Positions 44,436 through 56,316 of a stretch of 64,000 bases of DNA are shown here, piece after piece. The notes under the pieces were generated by a model. That model ran no database searches, was not told the DNA's origin, and saw nothing but the letters and a program-made list of their open reading frames with translations. Made by a program: the position numbers and the translations under genes. This DNA comes from Azolla caroliniana. Lineage: Eukaryota > Plantae > Polypodiophyta. The first letter of the stretch is position 1, and every line of letters begins with the position of its first letter. The stretch lies in the NCBI GenBank assembly GCA_043228905.1, contig JBHGNT010000009.1, positions 9,300,001 to 9,364,000 of the forward strand. The letters are read 5' to 3'.

Positions 44436-47400
44436 TGTCGCGAAGATGCGCGTGTGTGCGTGCTTCACTTGAGCAGGACCACCGGGGTCTCGGACCGGGG
44501 AGGACGTTTGCGAAATTGTCGAAAAGATGACGATGCGTATGTAGGAATCGAGGAAACTAATGTCACACTTGAGAAGATCAAAGATTTTACACTTGAGAAG
44601 AAGATATATTTCAAGAAGAATATTAAGAAGAAGATTGTATTGATGGTGATGATACTGATATCACATATTGAGCCCCCCCCCTTTACACAAGCCGTACTAG
44701 GGGTTTTATAGGTTTGTCCATGCACAAAACCATGGGCTTGGAGCCATGGTTTCTGTGCACACATTTTTGCTCTGTGACATGCAAAAAACCATGTGCTTAA
44801 AACCATGGTTTTGTGTACACGGTTTTGTACGTTTGTTTCCTACGGAATACTGAATATGAGAAAGAAATATAGAACATCTAAAGCATTTAGTAGTAGCTTT
44901 AGTGGTAAGGTAATTGCCTCTTATCTTAGAGGTGCAAGGTTCAAATCTTACTTGCAACCCTCTACATGCACTCAATGCCATTGTGACTTAGGTTTATTTA
45001 TTTTCATTTTTACAAGTATTCGTAAAATGTGTGTGGATCCTCAATTTTTGACTTTTTCTCGCACTAGACATGCCACATCACGACATCCACCCCCACCAAA
45101 CCGCACATCCTCCGGTATGTGCCAAGAAGAAAAGAGTGATGTGGCAAGGTCAAAGGTGGTTGGTGTTTGATTTCCTCCTTTCTTGCGCCTCGCCCGCACC
45201 GTCTTTTTGTCGTCTACTTCGAACTTTCGTTGCCATCCGATCCACCATATCATTCACTCACCTTTTTTATTGCCATGTCTAGTTGGCATGGCTCCCTTTG
45301 CTCCTCCCGAGCATAAGGCTTCATGCCTTGTGCATGTGCCACCTTCATCCCGGCCATCTCCTTGGTCACCTAACTTTCCTTTATCATCATTTCTCGTCTC
45401 ATGCTTGCCTTTCCTTATGCTCACTAGCCTTGACCGGGTGTCGCGGCTCATCTACTTCAACCTCCATCTAGGCCGGTTCAACTTCTGTCTTTCTTGACCA
45501 ATCAGCTTCTGGCTTGGTCATCCTTCGTCCGGATTCGCATTCGGCCAAATCGGGCTCAGACAATTGACTTTCGTCTGGGTCAGTTTCCATCCGGTTTTCG
45601 GTTGGGTCGGGCCCGGTTGATCAACTCTCGTTCGGGTCGGAATACCAACCATGTCATCTTCCATCCGGATTGTATTTCGGTTCTTCCTTTCTTGCCGCTA
45701 TCTGGCTCTTCATCGAACTCTATTGCAGCTTTGTTTTTGGCGTCCTTGTTGGCCACCATTCCTCCGTATGCGCTGGCTTCGACGCTCATCTCCTCGCCGC
45801 CACCTTCCATCTCTCCGGTCTTATGTTTGCTCTCGGGCACAACTGCCGAAGTCTCCAGAACTGGTGTGGAGGGATTCCTTCATCTGTGTCCATCCTCCTC
45901 ATCGTCGTTTCGGTCCTTCGATTTCCAACCGCCACCTTCCGTCTCTCCGGCCTCACATTGACACTCGGGCACAACTGTTGAAGTCTCAGGAACATTTGTG
46001 GGGAGAACCTCGACACCATCGGTCACTGTCGGCTCATCCATAGACATCTTTCCCTCAATGTTATTATTCGCATTGGCTTCCCCGCCACTTTCCGTCTCTT
46101 GGGTCTCATGTTGGCTCTCGAACACAACTGCCCAAGTCTCTAGATCAAGTGTTGGGAAAGTCTCGACACGGCCATCCGCCATGGACTTGTCCATAGCCAT
46201 CTTCGACTCAATGTCGTTCCTCATGGCTACCACCTCAATCACGTCAACATCACACTCTTTATCTCCCTTGATTACGCAAGCTTTGCTCATGCTTGCACCT
46301 TCATCACTCGATATTTCGGACACAACATGTGTTCCGAAATGCTCGTCCACTCTTAAAGCAGCATTTCCCGCTCTCGAGTCTTCGGCCTTTCTCTTGACCC
46401 TCGTTCCTCCGTAAGTCGAGAAGATGGCTTGTTTCACACCTTCTCCCGTGGTATTGTCATAAAAAATGTGAGCCTTTGTATCGGCCACTTCATTAACCCG
46501 TATTTGTTGGGAGGTCTCTTTTTCCTTGATCACCGTTCTCCTCGGTTTTCGCTCCATTTTAAGCTCCTCTTCAGGATCACCTTGCACCTTTAAGTTCTTG
46601 AATGCTTCTCTCATTAAGGCTTCTATGTTGAGTATCGAATCTTCCCTCTTCGAGTTTTCTTCCTTCGGTGGTGGTGTATTGCATCCCGTTCTCCTTTGAA
46701 CATCCCTCATGGGTTGTGTTGTTGTCGACGAGAATCTCGTTTTCCTCTTGTCGTGTTGTCGGCATACCCTTTCCACTTTGGCCCAATCCTCAATGAGTCC
46801 ATTTGCACCATCGTCATCCTCGAGTTAGATTCCAATGGCCGTCCTTTCATTCCGATCAATCGACTTGACGAACATTAAGACTTTATTCGCCCCCACCAAT
46901 CCTTGTTCCCGCTCCGAGAGTTGAGCGAACCGACACTCAAACTCAATGAATGCATGCATAGCACTCTAGTGGGTCTTCCTCGATGACACCCATTGGTCAA
47001 ACTTGTATAGACTTTGTCCCTTCGGTCTCTCATAGCTATATGCCTCCAATAGAGCCTCCTTGAAAGTCACCCACGAATCATGAGCTTCTTGAAGCTCTTT
47101 AACCTCTTTGTAGTTCGGTTCAGCCACCATCCGACAAAAGTACTCCAGTCTCGTAGCTTCTTTTACACCTCTCGAATCCATCTTGGCATTGTAGGTGTCT
47201 AAAAAAATTTGGACTATGCCCCTGTCGAAATAGCCGACTCGCTCAACCACGCTTTTGACGGCTTGTTGGGTCACATCTCGTCTTTTACTTTCTCCCGAAA
47301 ATTCCATCATCATCTTCGACATTGCCTTCATGAGATATTCCTCGTCCATCTTCATCCTCCCCTACCACTCTTCATGTCGGGTTCACCAAAAGATGTCACG

Positions 47401-48036
47401 AAGATGCGCGTGCGTGAGTGCTTCGCTTGAGCGGGACCACCGGGGTCTCGGACCGGGGAGGACGTTCGCAAAATTGTCGAAAAGATGACGATGTGTATGT
47501 AGGAATCGAGGAAACTAATGTCACACTTGAGAAGATCAAAGATTTTACACTTGAGAAGAAGATATATTTCAAGAAGAATATTAAGAAGAAGATTATATTG
47601 ATGGTGATGATACTGATATCACATATTGAACCCCCCCCTTTACACAAGCCGTACTAGGGGTTTTATAGGTTTGTCCATGCACAAAACCATGGGCTTGGAG
47701 CCATGGTTTCTATGCACACAGTTTTGCTTTGTGACATGCAGAAAACCATGGGCTTAAAACCGTGGTTTTGTGTACACGGTTTTGTACATTTGTTTCCTAC
47801 GGAATACTGAATATGAGAAAGAAATATAAAACATCTAAAGCACTTAGTAGTAGCTTTAGTGGTAAGGTAATTGCCTCTTATCTTAGAGGTGCAAGGTTCA
47901 AATCTTACTTGCAACCATGCACTCAACACCATTGTGACCTAGGTTTATTTATTTTCATTTTTACAAGTATTCGTGAAATGTGTGTGGATCCTCAATTTTT
48001 GACTTTTTCTCGCACTAGACATGCCACATCATGACA
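44436..48036 (-). mobile_element. Gag-only non-autonomous LTR element G2 (tRNA-Trp PBS)
   Basis: LTRs at 44436-45085 and 47394-48036; PBS complement TTCATGTCGGGTTCACCA at 47371-47388; PPT plus ~55 bp shared with G1; 2.3-kb internal region with Gag homology but no PR/RT/IN motifs; 4-bp flanks GCGT/GCAC. Confidence 0.88.
45580..47355 (-). pseudogene. G2 Gag-like ORF with a long acidic, repetitive extension
   Basis: VKSVVERVGYFDRGIVQIFLDTY aligns by eye with G1 VEKAVDRVVELEGQFDGRNVTKFLDTY; the downstream E/T-rich region has three related repeats near 45833, 45964 and 46117. Confidence 0.7.
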
Positions 48037-48928
48037 GCACTTCCTCTAGCACTCGCTCTCCCGGTGGCCTTTCTTGCCATAGTACCAACATTCCATCTCG
48101 GTCTTTCCTTGCCGGTTCTCGGCATCGGCTTGACTCCCTTGCTTCCGGAGAGTCCAGAACTACTATCGGCATTTCAATTATGCCTATTGTTTTGCTCATA
48201 TCGGGCGCCTCCATTGCGTGCTGACCTACCTCATCCAACACAACCACGGGGCCTATCTTCCTCCGTGTACAACATCTTGTTGTCGGTGTGCGTACTCGTT
48301 GACGCACCCAAGTGGTTCTCTTCAACGAGAAGCATCAATTGCAACTCAAAGAATGACGACGTATTCTCTCTCGTGCAGATCATCGTCCGGAAGGATCCAA
48401 ACTTCTGCGTCAATCCTCCGAGACAGACCTACATCATTTCGTCCTTGGGAGGTGTAGTCAGCTACCGACATGTCTCTTTGTTAGACATTGCTCAACTTCT
48501 GCCTGAGCTGAAGATTTCTAGTTGTGGTGCTTGCGGCGAAAATCTTTTTCAAATTTCCCCAAGCCTCCTTTGGCGTCTTGGCATCCCGGATGTAGCTCAA
48601 TAGTTGATCACCGACACTGGATGCAACGCAGTAGAGAACCCTGCTTGCCGACTGTTCGTAAGCCAGAAAATCCCTATGTGTCGAATCCGGTGCTACATCA
48701 TTTGGCCCTTCGACATAACTCCAATATCCATGTCCTAACAAATATTGGTGCATCTTGTATGACCAAGATGTGTAGTTGCTCCTATCGAACTTCTCCGTTG
48801 AAAGAGAGCTTCCCATGCTTTTGTCCTTTTCTCGTTCACTTCTGTTCTTACCGAGTGTTAGGTTTTCGTCTGTTTTAAAAGCTCATGTTGGCAACAGAGG
48901 ATGTTCTAACCCTCACGTTCTGATACCA

Positions 48929-49353
48929 TGTAAAAGAAATAATGTGGAAGCTAGGCAGACCTCAACCGGTCCCAGAGTCGATATCCGATCTCGCTATCTG
49001 GTCCGTAGCCAAGGAAAATGCATTTCCTAGACCTCATAGCAACATAAAACACGGAGAATGGAATACACACAGAGTGTGGGAGAGACAGAGACAGAGAGAA
49101 CGAGAGAGCAAAGACAAAAGATCAAATTCCAAAATATCACTCTGTACATACAATGTGCTTAGTGAGCACTTTTATACAAGTCCTTAACAGACTGACAGAA
49201 GTACTGACATGTATTTCAATGCTCGTACGAGCGACTAACACTAACTCCTAAAAATATGCCTACACACTAGGTTAGGATCGTAAGCCTCAGGACATCGATC
49301 CGGCTCCGGCTTACCCAACCAATCCAGATCAGGTTGAGCTTGCTCGCTCAACA
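48929..49353 (-). repeat. 5' LTR of C3
   Basis: TGTAAAAGAAATAATG...CTCAACA, preceded by the iMet PBS. Confidence 0.85.
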
Positions 49354-49439
49354 TACACATAGAAATACCTTTCATCTAGGGTTGAATACATGAGGTTGCC
49401 TATTATGCTCGACATAAAAATGTGGTTTATCTTGAGCTG

Positions 49440-49925
49440 TTTTTATGTACTACCTCATGCTTTATGCAACATATCTTGCATATCCCTCAGAAAGTTTTGG
49501 GTGTTTCTCAACTCATCATGATGTATATTAACATTGATCAAGGCTAATGCCTGAAAAACATACATAAGCATAAAAGGACTATATCTTGTTGATGTATGCT
49601 TGGAGTTGTTATAAGAAAACTCTAAAATTGGGAGATAATGTTCCCATTTTGTTGGTTTTGCTGCAACGTATGCTCGATGCATGTCCTCAACCATTTGATT
49701 TACCGTTTTGTCTATCCATCGGATTGAGGATGATATGTTGAGCTCATGCTCAAGGTAGTTTCAAACTACTTAAAGACTTGCGTCCAAAAGTCACTAGTAA
49801 ACTTTTGAATCTCACTCATTCACGATATCAATCAGTAACCCATAAAACGGAATAACTCATTAACGAATTGGTAAACCAATTTATGAGCAGTTACCATGGT
49901 TTTCGTTGCAATAAACCTGGCTATT
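49440..49925 (-). pseudogene. Old Ty3/Gypsy integrase fragment
   Basis: WEHYLPILEFSYNNSKHTSTRYSPFMLMY, plus upstream FTSDFW-like and SSTYHPQ-like remnants. Confidence 0.75.
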
Positions 49926-52900
49926 TTTGTTAGTCTATCAACAACTACCCAATTGGCATCATGGCTATACATACATACATACATACATTACGATGGTCAA
50001 TAAAGTTTGTTGCTGCTTGTTCACACTAAAAAGATTTAGTATTGTTTTGTGGAGAGCACATAGATACTGGACATTTAAGGGGAATGAGATTATGGTAGAA
50101 AGTAGAAATAAAACATTATTAAATTTCCGCATTGTTGAACATTACACATCATTCGAGTTGGCAAACATCGTAGGTCCATAGTTGAAGGTTATGCCCCCCA
50201 AATTCTCACTTGCATATGCAAATGGAAAATCCAATGTGTATGTATTCTACGGTCTAGAAAAAATAAATGTCACTTATTTACATCTAGGTTATTTGATGGT
50301 GGACCAAAAACTCAACCTGGGGCTGATTTTAAAGTTTCATTTCTTGATATGAACTAAATTTACAAATTTGGAGACCTCAATGTTGTAGCATTGCAAAAAA
50401 TAATCTCACTTCAAACTAACACACTTGCAAGGATCATGTGTTATACAACCAACTTTGTTAAGTTCCAAATTCATGGATTTGTTAAGTTCCAAATTCATGC
50501 TACGTTAATCAGATAATGGATTTATTCCCTTTGTAGGGTGTAGTCAAATGCAATTATAATGAACCTAAGCTATGATGCATTTGTCTTCAATGATCATATT
50601 TTCATAAGGTTTGATTCCCACAAGGGTAGAAAGAAACCTAAATAAGTGGCATGGGTGTGGAAATTCGTTGGAATAAAATGAAGGCACTCGGTTGGAAATT
50701 CATTTGCATAGTTATAGGATGATGGATTGAAATTAGGGAAACTCACCAAAATACCCCTACCTTCTTCCCAAATTATGATATTACAACAAACTTAAAACAA
50801 TTTAATTATTAGAATACTTATGAGTTTTTTTAATTTCCAAAAAAAGGACAATAAGTTTCTTAAAATTACCAAAATATCTCAGAGTTTTAATTAAATCGAA
50901 TCTTCATACTATTATGGTGTGAAATATGATACAAAGATATGCCTTAGGAAGATGGGGCATAATTCCTAGTCGCATTGTGATATCACAAAGCCTTCAATAT
51001 TATATCATTCAGAAAGCAACCCAATCGTACCAAGATTTTGTTACGATGAACCCTCTTTTGGGTGCCCTTTGAACTGCAATCAACATTTGCCATGTTTCTA
51101 TATGAATTGGCCAAGTTTCCTTTGCGTGCATGCAAAATGATCGGGAAGCATACAAGAAAATACGGTGAATTTAACAGATTTGTTGAAATTCCTATTGCCG
51201 CGTATAAGTTCTTCTTCTTCGTTGGATTGTACGCAATGATGCATCCTGGGACATAGATCATGTCGCAATCACATAAGAAACCTACACTTGTAGAGTAAAG
51301 TTAGAGATAGATAGATAATGCTACTTCTAGTGAAAGCTTTACTTTTATTCTCTGTCAACCTTATCTTTTCTGCTTTTGACTTTGCCTTATACATACTGAC
51401 CGTTTGAGCGGTCCATCTAAAAACATGAGAGAAAAGAAGAATAAGACCCAATCCTTATTATTATTATTAACAACATTATCATTATCCATCAGAAACAATG
51501 CTTGACTTGCCATTTATTTTGTCTTATAATAATAATACTATTAATTTAGTAATAACATCTTAATTTAATAATAATGACATCATGACACAGTCCACCACTG
51601 TTTTCTTTATTTTTAACTTATTTTATGTTTTTATTTTATTCTATATTTTCATCATTTTATGTTTATGTTTTAATTATTGTTTTTACCGTTTCCCCTCTTC
51701 TCCCCCCCCTCTTCTCTCCCCTTCTGTTATTGAGAATTGTTTATTTCACTGAACTCCTAAACGTTTAAGACAATTAAATAAATATGGAGATTACCAAAAT
51801 ACCCCTCACTTTTCATGATAGATAAATAAATAGCCTCCAATCGGCATTTCAACAATGTGGTTGATTGTGTGGAGTGTTTTTTGTTCACCCAATGAAGGCT
51901 CTTTGTTTGCTTGACTCTTGACCTTTATATTGGCAACATTTCAGTAGCCACTAGTTTCATCTGCCACTTTTTGTAGATGACACCCTTACTAATGTTGAAT
52001 GTGAGCCGGTTGACAATGGGAAGAAGAAAAATGCAGGTCACAGATTATATTTTCCATATTTAGATCTAGGTCATTGACAATAAGCACATTGCACATAACC
52101 ACCTCTTCATTGTATGTGCACACATGGCCAACGCCGAACATCTCGGTTGGACAAATATCCAAACAATCTATATTCATTACTCATGGCTCTCAACCAATGG
52201 CCAAACCATGGATTTTCACCTTAAGCAATTTCGTTGTGTTATTCCTATGATTGGTTGTATATAATTTTACAATCTATTAACTAAAATGAGAATGTTTGTT
52301 ATCACAATTTATGGCTTATAAGGCTATCGAAAGTATGGAGTGTGTGTCCCTACATGGTTGTCACCAAAGCTACAACGGTTATTATGAGCTCTTTATCTTT
52401 AGAGATTGTTGAGAGTGTATGTAGTTGTACTTGGAATTGTTGGAATCTTCACCTGAAGTTAGGAAATTATCATTTCTCTTCTCAATCAACCTCTTAAGTA
52501 ACTTAATTTATATGATATTCTCATAGCTATGTATATTGGGTCGAATGCTCCCGTCTACAATAAATAAGCTTTTAGGAACCCATGCGAATGCTAAGGCACT
52601 ATAGACAACTAAATAAAAAAATCTTATCCTTCAAGAGGACATGGTAGATTTCCATTCCATTCTCGATGCATGGTCATTATGCACATTCAATTTGTCTATA
52701 AGCAAAATTCCTTCAACTTTCACATAACATCAAGCAAGGAAGAGTTTGTTGATTGTACATAAACCAAAACCAAACCACAACCTAATCCCAAGGCATATAT
52801 TGTACCTACAAAGCGCGATGTATTGCTCTTTGGTACTAGAATTTCAAGAATGTGAAAGAGTGTATGTATAGGTACTATGTCTTGGAATCACAAAATCAGA

Positions 52901-55900
52901 ATATACAAAGTATTCAATCTCTCGTAGTCATACATCGGAATCATTTGTGCACTAACATGAAATGAACAATTTTGACATGCTTTAAACCTTGGATATTTGA
53001 GTCCTTAAATTACTCTATTATTTGAATCAATTTGTGTCCTTGAGTATACAATTATTAGCACACACTTAACACTCATCAGTCCTCTCGAAACGAGATGGCG
53101 AGGAGCTTTTCATGATGGCAATGCAATTCAACATATTTAACATTGTCACAAGGTTGGTATTTATCTTGAATGTGTCACAACACTTTGCTTCATTATTGTG
53201 AATATTTGTCAACCATTTCAAAAATATCTTAACCTTTTCCTAATCTGGGAGTGCACGTGCAAAATTTATAGTATGTAGATCCATTTTATGTCCTCAATGT
53301 CTTCTAAGATTGAGGACATGCAAGTAAACATGATATAACTCATGATTAATATATTCAGTGCATGATATGTAAAACATGTACATATAGACTTGCAATGCAT
53401 TATGTGGCATGATATGTTTTTGCTCTTTAACATAATCCAAAGATGTTCTACTTGTATTCTTAGCTACTTTCTTTAATATCACTAAAGTAATCCAAGATAG
53501 GGTCAACATTCAACCCTCGTGTTAGATAACGTAGAACATTATACAAGAATTACATGTCTGCTTCTTGGACACTTGGTTGTCGTTTTTTTCAAGATGTTGC
53601 AATAAAGCACACGTCTAATTCGTTTGATTTCCCTTTTGAGTTTGAGTCCCACTCAAACTCTTCAAAGTGATCAAAATGTTTAAAGCTTGAGTGCTACACG
53701 AACCCATTTGTTTTTAAAATAGTCGTTAGTGCCTTTTTCGTTTCATGTGAATGAAATAAACATATGATGTTATGATTGTAACGTAACCATTAAACCATAA
53801 CCTAAAGGTTTGGAATTCTCATAGTCAATGTGTTGGTCATCCTCCACGATGGACAAAGGTTTATAATGTCAATAAAAATCCAATGTTTTATTTATAAATT
53901 CATGTTTTATAAGGATATGACTTCTTACCAAATATATAAAAATATAGATACGACAAATAAATGCTTGTGAACTAGCCATTTCTTTATCTTAATTAATTTG
54001 TGTGTAATCTCAACTGCATGAAATAATTTATTCAAATAGTGATATGATCGCTAACATGTCAACACAAAATGTAAGATGCAATTTAAAGTCTTCAACAAGA
54101 GGTGAGTAATATAGCTTTTTGAAACAACATCCTCAATTTCTATATCCTCGCTCCTATTAGTTATTTCTCTCAACTTTCAAGCCGATTTCCCCTCTGCACT
54201 TCAACTATGATAATGAATGTGGCTAAGTTTATTTGGCTCTTTCCCACCCAAAAATAGTATTTCGAAGTAGGTTTTTTGGTTCAAGGTGTGAGGATGCTTC
54301 CTAGTGCTTCTTTATGTTTTCAGGATTGTCATCTAAAGGACAATGTTATGATTTCACTTTGTAAAACTTTTTTTCAATGAGAAAAATCTTGGTGTGGATA
54401 ATTTGAAACAAAAATTACGATGACTTTTTGATGAAAACAACATCAAACCCATTCCTCTTTGTTTAAATCTATAATAACCTTATCTAGCAAAACAAAAGCT
54501 TCATTGTAAACCATTACGGTTGTACATTTAAACTTCCATATTTGTAAAGTTTATCGAAGTGTTTGCACCTCCAAAAGAAGTGAAAGATAGTTTCCTCATG
54601 ATTCTTGCGAAGTTTTACCCTTGATCCATATCCTAGATATTGGAGTTTCCAATTGAAGTTTTGCACTTTGCTCTATATATGGCAATGCACTAATTGAATA
54701 ACCAAGGCTTGTACATTCCTTTTTAGAGGCACTTTGGCCTTGGTGATTGAAGTTACCTTAATAAGTAGTAGTACAGGTCAAATTTTGTGTTCATAATCTA
54801 AACTCTTACTACTTTTAGTATGCAAACACGACCTATAGGTTGGTTCTACAACATTGGTAATGCCAAAAGCAATAGCATAACACTTTAAAAGGCAACGTTA
54901 GCATATGATAAAACTCTTTGAACATATAAAAAGCGTGCTACATATTATCTTTTGAATAAAGGTACATATAAAGAGCAATCTGCTAAACTGCAATTAAATC
55001 CAAATTTGCTTAATAATCCACTTTCCATTGTTGAGCTTTGATGATGGTTCAATTCACTATTCCATCTAAACATATTCATCCCTTCAACCTATATCGATCT
55101 TTATGTTTTGGTGATGGTCAAGTAAAATTTATACCTTGAGAACAATGCTTTAGCTCAATATTTTCAAGTATAGCACACAACCAATTTCTGTGGACATTTA
55201 GTAAAGAGGTTCATTGTTAACCAACCACCGTAATGCCCTCTAGCATGATTGTCAACCAAATATGTATAAATTACCCTGAACTAAAAAAGGAACAAATTTG
55301 TAAAACATGAACATTTGAGAATACTTAAAGTAGTTTCTAGGTCTTTGAAACCTAAGACGATCTAGGACGCATACATTTCCTACCACAAGAAAGTTGTATA
55401 GACAGGTGTGGAGCCATATCTACGGGATCATCCATAAGATATGCTTACGCTATTAACATTTTCGAGTGATGAGAAAAGGAAAGGTGCAAATGACCACAAT
55501 ATACATACTATTCACAAGCACCTCTAAAGGAAGTCAACAAACTTTTTTAAAACCAAAACAAGAGAAGATAGAAAAGGTATATACATACAAACTGTACAAA
55601 ACAATGAAAAGAAAAGATGGCTGCTTTTTTATTTGAAGTGTACCCTTTGAATTAGAAGGGAGTCTTTTTCATGATGAAGCATATTTTCAAAGGACTTATT
55701 TGACTTGTTTATGATCACTTTTTTGACATTTGAATTTTGGGCAGTGGGTTTCACGTTCTTGAAGTGTAAGCAAAGCAATATAGTGGCTCTTTGTTACTAG
55801 ATCATAGAGGTTACCTTCTTCAACGAGTACAAGTTTTTCACAATTTACCTCTTTTTTTGTGGTGGTATGATTATCCTACAATTACGCATAATGCCACACC

Positions 55901-56050
55901 ACACGCATGGACATTGGATTCTCTTTCTTTCTTTTTGCGCAAAAGTTTTGTGTTATAATAGTGCACTAGCGTACAAAGCATGATGCTCATGGAAGATGAG
56001 AAATTATCGTGTAAAGTGTGGGCTCTGCCAAATGTTGTGCAATATCAATT

Positions 56051-56316
56051 GCACAATGGCACATCATTAGGGGCGATAAGAAACCCTATTGCCAAATCAA
56101 TATGCCTCACAAATAATGACCATCTTGGACTATTGAACTTTGTCCGTGAAACAAAAAAGAGGAACGCGGAGGTACCAAATATGGCACAATGGCACATCAT
56201 TAGGGGGGATAAGAAACCCTGTTGCCAAATCAATATGCCTCACAAATAATGATCATCTTGGACTATCGAACTTTGTCCGTGAAACAAAAAAGAGGAACGG
56301 GGAGGTACCAACTATG
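56051..56316. repeat. 133-bp tandem duplication (2 copies)
   Basis: Copies start at 56051 and 56184 and differ by only a few substitutions. Confidence 0.92.

Larger units (their letters stand above)
9725..49353 (-). mobile_element. Decayed Ty1/Copia C3, the outermost host of the nested cluster (probably chimeric)
   Basis: LTRs at 9725-10161 (PPT 10162-10175) and 48929-49353 (iMet PBS 48917-48928). Gag at 48037-48816, PR/IN at 43160-44435 and RT/RH at 10232-12592 rejoin across the insertions (RKLDA|KVEKCILVGY). The flanks (AAGTC/TACAC) do not match. Confidence 0.85.

Noticed and set aside
50983-51451. Possible organellar-derived or gene fragment
   Set aside because: I could not recognise any protein motif in the short ORFs; a BLASTN/BLASTX search against organelle genomes would be needed.
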